Shown: positions 1-8,550, numbered from the stretch's first letter. The stretch is 64,000 nt of DNA from Candidatus Poriferisocius sp. (GCF_965214065.1 NZ_CBDCAT010000027.1:823968-887967), one strand, 5' to 3'. Notes: generated from the letters alone by a model not told the origin. Numbers and translations: made by a program.

Positions 1-224
1 TAGGCGAACCGGGGGGCTATCAAGCCCCTCTGAACCATCTTGTCGACCACGCCGAAGCGTTCGAGCAGGTCGAGCGTGGCGGGGTGGAAGGTTGATGCCC
101 GCAACTCACGGGGCAACTCGAGAGAAGCTTCCAGCAGGGTCACGTCGACGCCGCCCGAAGCCAGCTCGGCGGCGGCGACGCACCCGACAGGGCCAGCGCC
201 GACGACGACCACGCGGGGCGGCAT
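1..224 (-). CDS. FAD-dependent (PHBH-type) monooxygenase, N-terminal part only; the gene runs off the left edge
   Basis: Reverse-strand translation from ATG (complement of 222-224) gives MPPRVVVVGAGPVGCVAAAELASGGVDVTLLEAS...RASTFHPATLDLLERFG. It has a GxGxxG dinucleotide-binding fold at the extreme N-terminus. It is absent from the ORF track because it is truncated by the window edge. Confidence 0.6.
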   Translation of the reverse strand, partial: MPPRVVVVGAGPVGCVAAAELASGGVDVTLLEASLELPRELRASTFHPATLDLLERFGVVDKMVQRGLIAPRFA

Positions 225-266
225 CGGTCAGAACTCGCCCAGTGTTATTCCGCTGTCCACAAGCGG

Positions 267-1037
267 TCAGAACTCACGCAGCATCATCCCGTGGCCCACG
301 AACTGGTCGTTGATGTCCAGCGTGCGCAGGGCATGCCACAGGCAGATGGCGTTGATGGCCAGCACCGGCTTGCCTAGCCAGCGCTCAGCCTGGTCGGCCA
401 CCTCGACCATGGACAGATTGGTGCCGCACTGGACGATGGCGTCGATGTCATCGCCATCGAGTCCTTTGAGCACCTCCACCAGAGTCTCTGGAGTCACGTC
501 GGCGATGGAAGTGGCCGAATCGCAGCGCAGCCCATGGACTCGTTTCACTTCGTAGCCGCACTCGGTGAAGTAGCCGTACACCTGCTCGTCGGCCGCCGGC
601 TGGTAGGGCGTCAGGCAGGCGATTCGCGACACGCCGAGCCGCTCCAGAGCCGCGTTGCAGGCCGCTGCTCCCGATGTGATTCCGATGTCGCCGGCGATTT
701 CCGTCACCCGAGCCTGGAATGCGGCGTTGCCCTCCTTACCTCCCCAGAAGGTCTCGGCCGACATCCCCATGAGCAGGTGATCGGGCTTGCACGTCATGAG
801 GTCGTGTACCGCGGTGGGGATGGTCTGGCGGATCAGGTCCAAGAAATGGAGAAATGCCTCGTCGCTGCTCAGATCGGGGGCCTCGACCAAAAAGCGCCCG
901 CTGTGGAACGTGACCCCTGGGGGCCGCACCCGGGCAAAATCATGCTCGACCACGGTGTTGGTCGACGGCACGATGACCCCGATCTTGGCCCGGTAGCCGA
1001 CAACATCAGGCATAGGCGTCCCTCTCGATTCGCTCAT
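267..1037 (-). CDS. Asp/Glu/hydantoin-racemase superfamily protein (maleate cis-trans isomerase / arylmalonate decarboxylase-like)
   Basis: 256-aa ORF with IGVIVPSTNTVVE near the N-terminus and a C-terminal IVQCGTNLS motif, as in maleate isomerase (NicE/MaiA). The first catalytic Cys position appears to be Met (LLMGMSAET). Confidence 0.7.
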   Translation of the reverse strand: MSESRGTPMPDVVGYRAKIGVIVPSTNTVVEHDFARVRPPGVTFHSGRFLVEAPDLSSDEAFLHFLDLIRQTIPTAVHDLMTCKPDHLLMGMSAETFWGGKEGNAAFQARVTEIAGDIGITSGAAACNAALERLGVSRIACLTPYQPAADEQVYGYFTECGYEVKRVHGLRCDSATSIADVTPETLVEVLKGLDGDDIDAIVQCGTNLSMVEVADQAERWLGKPVLAINAICLWHALRTLDINDQFVGHGMMLREF

Positions 1038-1122
1038 TTGCGGAATGATGTTCCGCTCTAAGGAACACTAGCCGTCCCTGTCTGAGCGGCAATTGTCGAT
1101 CCCTTGACCGTTGCCGGTTGGC

Positions 1123-1128
1123 TATAGT
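1123..1128 (+). promoter_or_regulatory. Candidate -10 box (TATAGT) for the tRNA-Gly transcript
   Basis: TATAGT lies 12 nt upstream of the mature tRNA 5' end. The only TTGACC (1104-1109) is 13 nt away, which is too close for a canonical -35, so this is a -10-only call. Confidence 0.3.
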
Positions 1129-1139
1129 TCTGGGCACCT

Positions 1140-1213
1140 GCGGGTGTAGTTCAGTGGTAGAACCCCAGCTTCCCAAGCTGATGACGCGAGTTCGATTCTC
1201 GTCACCCGCTCCA
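1140..1213 (+). tRNA. tRNA-Gly (anticodon CCC), CCA encoded
   Basis: Hand-folded cloverleaf. Acceptor GCGGGTG/CACCCGC. D arm GTTC-AGTGGTA-GAAC. Anticodon stem CCAGC/GCTGA with loop TTCCCAA (CCC). 4-nt variable region. T arm GCGAG-TTCGATT-CTCGT. Discriminator T followed by CCA. Total 74 nt. Confidence 0.9.
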
Positions 1214-1215
1214 CA

Positions 1216-2013
1216 ATGACGGGGCAGATCTATCTGGGCACGGTGGCCATCGAGCCGAACCGCTGGGGTTTGGCCGAACCCGGCGGGAATCCGCTGACCC
1301 GGGTGTCGGAGTGGCTGCCATCGATTGCCGATGCCGGGTTTGACGGCTTGGAGCTGTGGGAGCGCCACGCCCGCTCGGCTCCCGATGAGGAACTCGAAGC
1401 GCTGCTGGCATCGGAGGTGCCGATCAAGATCCTGAGTTGCTACACCAGCTGGGACGAGCCCGACGACGCCGACCGGGCCGAGACGGCGGCCTGGATCGAG
1501 CGAGTAGGAGCGCAGGGAATCAAGTTCAACGTGGGCAGCGACCCCGACGCCATTGCTGACTACACCGAACGGCTCCGCCGGTTCGAGGCCGAGGTGCCCA
1601 GCGGTGCCCGGTTGCTGTGCGAGTGCCACTTCGGAACGGTGGCCGAGGATCCGGCAGTGGCCCGCGACATGTTCGGCGCCGTCGCCGACGCCGACCGGCT
1701 GGGGGCCATCGTCCACGTCCACCCCATGGCCCGAGACGAGTGGTCGGAGCCGCTGGGGGTGCTCGGCAACTGGGTGCGCCACGTTCACGTTCAAGTGGCC
1801 GAAGTTCCTCAATCCACCAGCGCTGACGAATTGAGCGAGGTACTGCGCCCGGCCGCCGAAGCCATAAGCGCTGCATCCCCCAACACCACATGGACCATCG
1901 AATTCTCCTTCGGCATGTGGGGCTTCGGTCGCGACGACGCCGAGTTCGACAACCCGGCCTACATCCTCCAGTCCGCCCAACGCGACCTCGTGGCCCTGCG
2001 CGCCGCGCTCTGA
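1216..2013 (+). CDS. Sugar phosphate isomerase/epimerase (xylose-isomerase-like TIM barrel) family protein
   Basis: 265-aa ORF with strong GC3 bias. The pattern AGFDGLELWERH ... CECHFGT ... HVHVQVAE ... TIEFSF resembles AP-endonuclease-2/xylose isomerase-like TIM barrels. The ATG lies 2 nt after the tRNA CCA end. Confidence 0.65.
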   Translation: MTGQIYLGTVAIEPNRWGLAEPGGNPLTRVSEWLPSIADAGFDGLELWERHARSAPDEELEALLASEVPIKILSCYTSWDEPDDADRAETAAWIERVGAQGIKFNVGSDPDAIADYTERLRRFEAEVPSGARLLCECHFGTVAEDPAVARDMFGAVADADRLGAIVHVHPMARDEWSEPLGVLGNWVRHVHVQVAEVPQSTSADELSEVLRPAAEAISAASPNTTWTIEFSFGMWGFGRDDAEFDNPAYILQSAQRDLVALRAAL

Positions 2014-2036
2014 GCGGCCATTTGGCTCGGGGGCAG

Positions 2037-2237
2037 TCAGTAGCGGATGGCGCGGCTGGGGCAGAGGGTGGCGGCTTCTTCGACGGCATCTCGCTCGGAT
2101 TCGGGCGGACGCGGGTCGATCACGTGTGACAGGGCATCGTCGCCTAGTTGGAAGACCTCAGGCGCGACCCGCTCGCAATAGCCCACTCCTTGGCACTGTT
2201 GGTGGTCGACGGTGACGTGTAGCTTCTCGGCGCCCAT
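2037..2237 (-). CDS. 3Fe-4S ferredoxin (P450 redox partner type)
   Basis: 66 aa with CQGVGYC...CP cysteine spacing (CxxVxxC...CP, second Cys of a 4Fe-4S motif missing). It sits 7 nt downstream of a P450 gene. Confidence 0.8.
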   Translation of the reverse strand: MGAEKLHVTVDHQQCQGVGYCERVAPEVFQLGDDALSHVIDPRPPESERDAVEEAATLCPSRAIRY

Positions 2238-2244
2238 AGCTGGC

Positions 2245-3531
2245 CTACAGCTTGGTCAAAAGGATCAGGAAACGGCCGTAGGCGTCGTGGTGGCTGGCCT
2301 CGGTGTAGCTAGGGGGATCGTTGGGGTCGATCTGGATTCCGGCGTCGTAGAGGGCGCTGGCGATGTTGACCAGCGTGCCGTCGGTGCCCTCGTCATTGTC
2401 GGTTCGGGCTGAGAGGCCGGTGACCAAGGTACGCCCGATGCAGATGTGCTCGCCGCCGCCGAACGTGAGGCCCCAGGGCTTCACTGAGCCCACCTCCCGG
2501 TAGGGGTTGAACTTCCCGGCGTCGGAGCCGAATACCTCGGGGTCGCGGTTGGCCGGGGTGAAAAGGCAAGCCACCCGCTCGTCGGTGGCGATGGTCTTGC
2601 CGTTGCTCAGCGCGAAATCCTCGTTGGCGATCCGCAGCAGGGCGGGCGACGGCAAGTGCAGTCGCAGGGCCTCATGGGCGGCCCGCTTGATGTACTCCCG
2701 ATCCGACACCTTGGCCCGGTCTTCGGGGTGGGCGTCGAACCACTCGTCAAGGTGGGCGATGAGGTGGGGAACCGAGTGGGTGGTGGTCTGGGTGGCCGCC
2801 ACCAGGAACAAGCAGGCCTCCCGTATGGGCAGCCCCTCGTCCCAGTCGTCGTTCCAATGCAGGTAGAGCATGGTGATCAGATCGACGGGGAGCTCGTCAC
2901 GTTCGATCTCGCCTCGGTGGAAACGCTCGATGAGGGCCCGGCGGCGGGCCACCGATGAGGCGAAGAAGTCGCGGTCGAAATCATCCCTCACTGCCAAGAT
3001 GCGCCGAATCACCTCATCGTGGTCCTCGGTGGACCACTCGACGGTGGCACCGGTGCCCAACAACTCGACGTACTCCCGGAATGCGGTGGTGCGCTCTGGG
3101 GTGTCCACCCCGTCGATCCCGGTAGTGGCGGCGGCAATGCGGGCCAGCATGGTGCGCAGCAAGACACAGAGGTCGGCCCGCACGACACCGTCATTGCCCC
3201 GGTTGTCGCGGCACTCCTCCAGCGTCTTGCCGATCAGCGGAATCAGCTCGGTGTGCTCGTAGTACTCCAGCGCGGCCTTGGCGAACAGCGGAGCCTCCAG
3301 CCGTCTGCGCTCGAAGTGCTCGTCTCCGTCGATGGTCAAAAGGGAGCGTCCAAAGAACGGCTGGCTCTCCTGATGGGACCCCTGCCGAAAGCTCCTCGAC
3401 CGCAAGATCTCGTCGATCTCGGCATAGGTGGTGAAGTGCTGCAAATCAACGATGTGCGGAGGCGGGGGCATCTCTCGAATGGTGGGCTCTCTAGTCGGCA
3501 CAGCAATACCTCCATGTTCACCTTGGCGCAC
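2245..3531 (-). CDS. Cytochrome P450
   Basis: Heme-thiolate loop FGGGEHICIGRTL, ExxR (EALR), and I-helix LVAATQTTTH (atypical, Gln at the acid position). An alternative start is at MPPPPHIV. Confidence 0.9.
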   Translation of the reverse strand: MRQGEHGGIAVPTREPTIREMPPPPHIVDLQHFTTYAEIDEILRSRSFRQGSHQESQPFFGRSLLTIDGDEHFERRRLEAPLFAKAALEYYEHTELIPLIGKTLEECRDNRGNDGVVRADLCVLLRTMLARIAAATTGIDGVDTPERTTAFREYVELLGTGATVEWSTEDHDEVIRRILAVRDDFDRDFFASSVARRRALIERFHRGEIERDELPVDLITMLYLHWNDDWDEGLPIREACLFLVAATQTTTHSVPHLIAHLDEWFDAHPEDRAKVSDREYIKRAAHEALRLHLPSPALLRIANEDFALSNGKTIATDERVACLFTPANRDPEVFGSDAGKFNPYREVGSVKPWGLTFGGGEHICIGRTLVTGLSARTDNDEGTDGTLVNIASALYDAGIQIDPNDPPSYTEASHHDAYGRFLILLTKL

Positions 3532-3596
3532 CCGAAGATAGCCGGTGATCTCTAGGGAACCGGTTTGAGTTGTCGCACTACTAGTGTGCGGGGGGC

Positions 3597-3827
3597 ATGC
3601 CGGTGTTGTTGGGGGCTCTCGCGTCGGGGCTGATCGGGGTCTCGGACTACTTCGGGCGCTATTGCAGTCGGCGTGCCCAGGCCATGACCACGGTGGGTAC
3701 AGCCTTTGTGGGCGGTCTGGTCACCATCGCCTTGGCAGTGATATTCGACGACGACACCCTGCGGTGGTGGCAGGCCATCGGCATCGCCGCCGTCTTAGCT
3801 GGCACCACCATGATCACCATAGGGTGA
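3597..3827 (+). CDS. Small (76 aa) 2-3 TM membrane protein, EamA/DMT-like remnant
   Basis: Good GC3 coding signal. The N-terminal LLGALASGLIGVSDYFGR and C-terminal WWQAIGIAAVLAGTTMI resemble the first and last helices of an EamA half-domain with the middle missing. Confidence 0.4.
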   Translation: MPVLLGALASGLIGVSDYFGRYCSRRAQAMTTVGTAFVGGLVTIALAVIFDDDTLRWWQAIGIAAVLAGTTMITIG

Positions 3828-3851
3828 GTCCCACATACGCTATTGCGAGAT

Positions 3852-3867
3852 ATCGAAGCGTTTCGAT
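3852..3867. promoter_or_regulatory. LacI-type operator, copy 1 (ATCGAAGCGTTTCGAT)
   Basis: 16-bp near-palindrome with a CG centre, 70 nt upstream of the LacI-family gene. It is the exact reverse complement of the site at 5025-5040. Confidence 0.6.
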
Positions 3868-3936
3868 GCTGCTATCGTCTTGTCGGCGATGACGCTTCAG
3901 GCCGTCGGACAGGGAGATGGAAAGGGCACGTGAACT

Positions 3937-4962
3937 GTGGCAACGATGGCTGATGTCGCAAAGCTCGCTGGAGTTTCGTTGAGTACTGTCTCCTATGCAT
4001 TCAGCGGGGCCCGGCCAATCTCGGAAGCGACTAAAGCGCGCGTGATGAGGGCGGTGGAGCAGCTCGATTTCCAGCCCAACGCTATGGCTCGAGGACTCGC
4101 TGGACGGCGGACGGGATTTCTTGCCCTGCTGCTGCCCACCGACGAGGCGATTGCCGACCAGTTTATGGTGGATATCATCGTCGCTGCGGCCGAAACGGCG
4201 CGGGAGCGGGGCTACCACCTCTTGCTGTGGACGGAACCTGCCGGAGAGTCAACAGCCGTGAAGGACCTTATGCGGCGAGGCTTAATCGACGGTGCGCTGC
4301 TGCTTTCGGTTCGGCTCTTCGATGAGCGCGTTGGGGCTCTTCAGGAAGCTGGCGTGCCCCTCACCATGGTTGGTCGGACCCAAGATCCCGTCGACAGTCA
4401 TTACGTGGACAGCGATGCCGAGCAGGCCGCAGAGCTGGCTATTTCCCACCTTGCTGAACTCGGCCACACAACTGTGGCTTATCTCGGTCCGCCACAGAGT
4501 GCCTACGACGATGGCATCGGCATCGTGGTGCGGGTTCACGACTCCCTTGTCGAGTCAGCCCAACACCACCGGGTGAAACTCATCTCGGTCTTCTCGGAGC
4601 GCAACGCAGCCGCTTCGGCCGAAGCCATGAGCCAGCTCATGACCGCAGAGCCCGAAGTTACTGCCGTCCTCGCCCTTGATGACTCCGCCGTCGCCGGGAT
4701 ACTCAATGGATTGAGATCGCTGGACCTCGCTGTTCCCGGCGACGTCTCGTTGGTCGGCCTGTTCACTTCACCCCAGATTGCCGAACTCACCTGGCCCCAT
4801 GTGACATCGGTTTCTCACGATCCGAGGGATCTGGGCCGCCTAGCCTCATTGACGATGATCGATTCACTCAATGGCACCAGCGGCTTTGGTACTCAGACGC
4901 TGCTTCCCAGCGAAGTGTTCAGGCGGTCGACCACCGGGCCACCTCCCGCTGCTAATCGCTGA
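3937..4962 (+). CDS. LacI-family transcriptional regulator
   Basis: N-terminal HTH MADVAKLAGVSLSTVSYAFSG followed by a periplasmic-binding-protein-like effector domain. GTG at 3937, with an alternative ATG at 3946. Confidence 0.9.
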   Translation: MATMADVAKLAGVSLSTVSYAFSGARPISEATKARVMRAVEQLDFQPNAMARGLAGRRTGFLALLLPTDEAIADQFMVDIIVAAAETARERGYHLLLWTEPAGESTAVKDLMRRGLIDGALLLSVRLFDERVGALQEAGVPLTMVGRTQDPVDSHYVDSDAEQAAELAISHLAELGHTTVAYLGPPQSAYDDGIGIVVRVHDSLVESAQHHRVKLISVFSERNAAASAEAMSQLMTAEPEVTAVLALDDSAVAGILNGLRSLDLAVPGDVSLVGLFTSPQIAELTWPHVTSVSHDPRDLGRLASLTMIDSLNGTSGFGTQTLLPSEVFRRSTTGPPPAANR

Positions 4963-5024
4963 GGCTGCTCAATTCCCGCAGAATTCTGCAACTTCTTGCG
5001 AAGCAGGTCGAGTTGCGATACGTT

Positions 5025-5040
5025 ATCGAAACGCTTCGAT
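5025..5040. promoter_or_regulatory. LacI-type operator, copy 2 (ATCGAAACGCTTCGAT)
   Basis: Directly upstream of the AGGAGGG ribosome-binding site and ATG (5051) of the SBP gene. It is the reverse complement of 3852-3867. Confidence 0.65.
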
Positions 5041-5050
5041 AGGAGGGAAA

Positions 5051-6451
5051 ATGCGTACCAGAACAATGAGGCTTTTGGCCTTGATATTTGCGCTTGTACT
5101 CGTTGCGTCCGCGTGCGGAAACGACGACGACACGACAAGTACGGAGCCAACCCCAGAACCGACCAGCGCGCCGGCTGAGCCGGCCGACGAGCCGGTTGAT
5201 GAGCCGGAAGGTACGAGCTTGATGGACGGGGAGATCCCCTGCGAGCAGCAGTACGCCGGCCGGCAGGTATCGATTATCTCTCCGGTTCGCGACAGCGAGG
5301 ATGACCAACCGGTCGCCGACTTCGTAGCTGCCTATCAGCCGCTGATGGACTGCACCGGCGTCGAGATCGTTTGGGAGGGTACCGATCAGTTCGAGACCGA
5401 GATCAATGTTCGGCTCGAGGGGGGCGATCCGCCCGACGTCATCGACTACCCCCAGCCTGGGCTCATGACTCAGCACGCCCGACAGGGCCATTTGGCTCCC
5501 CTTCCCAACGACGTGGCTGCCCACCTGGCAACCGACTACATCGCGGGCTGGGATACCTACGCCACTGTGGATGGCGTGATTTATGGGCTGCCCGGCCGGT
5601 CCAACATCAAGTCGCTGGTCTGGTACAGCCCGGGTGCATTCGCCGAGGGCGGGTACGAAGTGCCAAGCAGCTTGGGCGAGCTGAGAGACCTCTCGGACCA
5701 GATCGTGGCCGATGGGGGTATTCCCTGGTGCATTGGCGCCGAGTCCGGTGTGGCAACTGGCTGGGTCCTCACCGACTGGATGGAAGACTTCATGTTGCGC
5801 ACCCACGGTGCAGAGGTCTACGACCAGTGGGTGAATCACGACATTCCGTTCAACGACCCGAGGGTCGTCGAGGTAGTGGATGCGGTCGGGTCGTTCGTGA
5901 AGAACGCCGACTACCTCGGCGGAGAGAACCTGGTGAAGGCAATTGCCACCACCAAGTTCCAAGACGGTGGCCTTCCCATCCTCGAAGGCGACTGCTACAT
6001 GCACCGCCAGGCCAGCTTCTATTCCAACTTGTGGCCAGCAGGCACCACGATTGGCGAGGACGGCGATGTGAACGTCTTCTATCTGCCTAGCCCGGCCGAC
6101 GGCCCGGCCTTCATGCTCGGCGGTGGCGACATCTACGCCGCGGCGACCGATAAGCCAGAGACGTTCGACGTCATCCGCTACACCGGCTCACTGGACTACA
6201 TGACCAATGTGGCCAATGTGAGGGGCGAATTGGTACCGCACCTTGACATAGACACCGGCGCCTACACCGATCCGTTCCTGGCCAAGCTGGCAGAGCTCCA
6301 ACTCGGGGCGGACGTGTTCAGATTTGATGGCTCGGACCTCATGCCCGGAGCAGTGGGCGCCGGAACATTCTGGACTGAGGTGACCGATTGGGTGATCGGT
6401 GGCAGCACCGAAGACTTCGTGAACAACGTCGAGGCGAGCTGGCCGGGCTGA
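5051..6451 (+). CDS. ABC transporter sugar (alpha-glucoside type, AglE-like) substrate-binding lipoprotein
   Basis: Start chosen at MRTRTMRLLALIFALVLVASAC|GNDDD (signal peptide plus lipobox) with AGGAGGG 4 nt upstream. The longer track ORF (4871) overlaps the LacI gene. It is the first gene of an SBP-permease-permease-glucosidase-ATPase operon. Confidence 0.85.
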   Translation: MRTRTMRLLALIFALVLVASACGNDDDTTSTEPTPEPTSAPAEPADEPVDEPEGTSLMDGEIPCEQQYAGRQVSIISPVRDSEDDQPVADFVAAYQPLMDCTGVEIVWEGTDQFETEINVRLEGGDPPDVIDYPQPGLMTQHARQGHLAPLPNDVAAHLATDYIAGWDTYATVDGVIYGLPGRSNIKSLVWYSPGAFAEGGYEVPSSLGELRDLSDQIVADGGIPWCIGAESGVATGWVLTDWMEDFMLRTHGAEVYDQWVNHDIPFNDPRVVEVVDAVGSFVKNADYLGGENLVKAIATTKFQDGGLPILEGDCYMHRQASFYSNLWPAGTTIGEDGDVNVFYLPSPADGPAFMLGGGDIYAAATDKPETFDVIRYTGSLDYMTNVANVRGELVPHLDIDTGAYTDPFLAKLAELQLGADVFRFDGSDLMPGAVGAGTFWTEVTDWVIGGSTEDFVNNVEASWPG

Positions 6452-6479
6452 ACCCCCTCCACAGCGAAAGCTAGCTAGC

Positions 6480-6508
6480 GTGGGGGCCGGGCAACACCCG
6501 GCCCCCAC
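6480..6508 (+). promoter_or_regulatory. Intercistronic GC-rich stem-loop (12-bp perfect stem, 5-nt loop) after the SBP gene
   Basis: GTGGGGGCCGGG-CAACA-CCCGGCCCCCAC with no U tract. It is positioned like the mRNA-stabilising or attenuating hairpins that separate SBP genes from permease genes. Confidence 0.5.
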
Positions 6509-6547
6509 TGCCTTACAAGCGCCAGAGGACCAAAGGGGACAGGTAAA

Positions 6548-7573
6548 ATGGGGGACGTAATCAGCGCAATCGTTATTACCGCGATTGCCTTAGCCGCGCT
6601 GGCTGGGCTCCTAGGCGCCGTGTATTGGGTAGTCGGGCGATTGCCGAAGAAGTGGCGAGAAGGGGCTCGTGCATGGGTCTTCCTTTTCCCCACCGCGGTC
6701 GCCGTGACGATCGGGCTGCTCGTGCCCGCAATCAGAACCATCTACCTGAGCCTCCTCGATGACAGCGGTGAGAAGTTCGTTGGTTTCGAGAACTACGCCG
6801 ATGTCTTTACAACCACCGGGACTCGGCTCACGGTTTTCAACAGTCTCACTTGGGTGTTGATTGGCACCATCGCCACCGTGGCAGTGGGTCTGGCCATGGC
6901 CCGCTTCGCCGACGGCATGCGGATTGAGAGCGCCGCGAAGTCGGCCATTTTCTTGCCTGGTGCCATTTCCCTGGTCGGTACCGGGCTGATTTGGGGATTT
7001 GTTTATGCCGGGCCGCCGTTCGACGTGGGGTTGCTCAACGCGGTTACTGAGGGCATTCCCGGATTGCCCGACAGCTGGGGAGGTGGTGGCGACCGGCTGT
7101 GGCTTCTAGAAAGAGGATTTGGAGGAGTCGACCCGCCGGACTCTGCACCAGGTGTAAACACCTTCCTCCTGATCGTGGTGTTCATCTGGGCCCAAGCTGG
7201 CATCTCCACCGTCATCTTCTCGGCCGCCATCAAAGGGGTGCCCGACTCGCTGATCGAAGCGGCCAAGGTGGACGGGGCTACCGACCAGCAGACGTTCCGC
7301 CGAGTGACGCTGCCCTATATCCGTTCGACGATCGTGACCGTGGCCACCCTCACAACAGTTGCCGGGCTCAAGGCGTTCGACATCGTGGCGGCAACTACTG
7401 GCGGGCGGTTCGGCACCAGCACCATCGCCAACGAGTTCTACGTGGTCCGATTCGTGCAAGGACGAAGCGGGGTGGGTGCCACCCTCGCCGTGCTGATCTT
7501 CATTCTGGTGATTCCGGTGATGATCTTGAACCGCCGGGCGCAGGCTAGGGCCGAGGAGATGATGGGCGGATGA
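6548..7573 (+). CDS. ABC sugar transporter permease (MalF/AglF-like)
   Basis: 341 aa and multi-TM, with the EAA-type loop IEAAKVDGATDQQTFRRVTLP. Confidence 0.9.
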   Translation: MGDVISAIVITAIALAALAGLLGAVYWVVGRLPKKWREGARAWVFLFPTAVAVTIGLLVPAIRTIYLSLLDDSGEKFVGFENYADVFTTTGTRLTVFNSLTWVLIGTIATVAVGLAMARFADGMRIESAAKSAIFLPGAISLVGTGLIWGFVYAGPPFDVGLLNAVTEGIPGLPDSWGGGGDRLWLLERGFGGVDPPDSAPGVNTFLLIVVFIWAQAGISTVIFSAAIKGVPDSLIEAAKVDGATDQQTFRRVTLPYIRSTIVTVATLTTVAGLKAFDIVAATTGGRFGTSTIANEFYVVRFVQGRSGVGATLAVLIFILVIPVMILNRRAQARAEEMMGG

Positions 7574-8550
7574 GCGTGACGAAGCAATTGACAGCGCTCA
7601 AGCCCTCGATTGGCGAAGGCCTGCGCAACCGCCGGACCAAGAAGCGCCACGAAGCCTCTCTGGGCCGCTCAGCAGCGGCAACCCTGAGCAGCAGGCCGGG
7701 TCGGATTTTGGTTTATCTGCTGGTATTCCTCTGGACCATCCCCACGTTTGGAATCTTCATCTCGTCGTTCCGACCGGAGATTGACGTCAAGACCTCGGGC
7801 TGGTGGAACTGGTTCGCCGATCCGAGCCTCACGCTCGACAACTATCGCAGCGTCCTGTCGTCGGGCCCAGGCCAAGATGACCTTTGGACGTTCTTTTTGA
7901 ATTCGGTGAGAATCACCGTCCCTTCGGTCATCTTGTCGGTAGGCCTCGGGCTGATGGCCGCGTACGCCTTGTCGTGGATAAAGTTCAGGGGCCGAGACTG
8001 GATCTTTGTCGGCATAGTGGGGCTGCTCATGGTCCCGCTGCAAATGGCGCTGATTCCCATGCTCCAGTTGTTCTCCGGTGGTGCCCATATCGGCAGCGTG
8101 ACCATCTTCCCCGACCTGGACCTGACGGGCGAGGTCTACGGTGTGTGGCTAGCCCACACCGCATTCGGGCTACCACTGGTGGTATTCATTTTGAGGAACT
8201 TCGTCGCCGCCCTGCCCAGGGACATCTTCGAGGCAGCCCGTGTTGATGGTGCGGGACACCTGACGATTTTCCTCCGCCTTGTCGTGCCCCTTTCGGTGCC
8301 TGCAGTGGCATCTGTGTCCATCTTCCAGTTCATGTGGATCTGGAATGACTACCTGATCGCCTTGATCTTCGCCGGACGCGAAAACGCCCCAATCGTCCGC
8401 CAACTGGCAACGTTGACGGGGACACGCGGGCAGTCGTATCACCTGCTGACCGCCGCGGGCATGATCTCGATGATCGTGCCGGTTGCCGTTTTCTTCGCGC
8501 TCCAGCGATATTTCGTGCGCGGTCTGCTAGCTGGAGCTGTGAAGGGATGA
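7570..8550 (+). CDS. ABC sugar transporter permease (MalG/AglG-like)
   Basis: ATGA overlap with the upstream permease. EAA loop FEAARVDGAGHLTIFLRLVVP. Confidence 0.9.
   Translation: MSVTKQLTALKPSIGEGLRNRRTKKRHEASLGRSAAATLSSRPGRILVYLLVFLWTIPTFGIFISSFRPEIDVKTSGWWNWFADPSLTLDNYRSVLSSGPGQDDLWTFFLNSVRITVPSVILSVGLGLMAAYALSWIKFRGRDWIFVGIVGLLMVPLQMALIPMLQLFSGGAHIGSVTIFPDLDLTGEVYGVWLAHTAFGLPLVVFILRNFVAALPRDIFEAARVDGAGHLTIFLRLVVPLSVPAVASVSIFQFMWIWNDYLIALIFAGRENAPIVRQLATLTGTRGQSYHLLTAAGMISMIVPVAVFFALQRYFVRGLLAGAVKG

Noticed and set aside
226-274. Direct repeat GGTCAGAACTC at 226-236 and 264-274. The first copy resembles a vestigial duplicate of the ...EF-stop 3' end of the racemase-fold gene.
   Set aside because: Only 11-12 nt match and there is no further similarity around it. 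This cannot be distinguished from chance or from a trivial terminator-region duplication without comparative data.
1006-1980. 324-aa minus-strand ORF spanning the tRNA-Gly gene and most of the TIM-barrel gene. Similar long antisense or shadow ORFs occur at 4952-6004, 18350-19462, 18975-20078, 25446-26717, 26407-28146, 30966-32501, 33852-34862, 61063-62277 and elsewhere.
   Set aside because: These are typical high-GC shadow frames. They are Arg/Gly/Pro/Ala-rich with low-complexity translations and no recognisable motifs. They lie opposite or out of frame to ORFs that carry clear family motifs and GC3 bias.
1140-3600. tRNA-Gly as an integration site for a genomic island.
   Set aside because: There is no integrase, excisionase or other mobility gene nearby. 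I could not find a direct repeat of the tRNA 3' end elsewhere in the window.
6469-6479. AGCTAGCTAGC palindrome just after the SBP gene.
   Set aside because: It is a short, low-information restriction-site-like palindrome, and the adjacent 12-bp GC stem-loop explains the region better.
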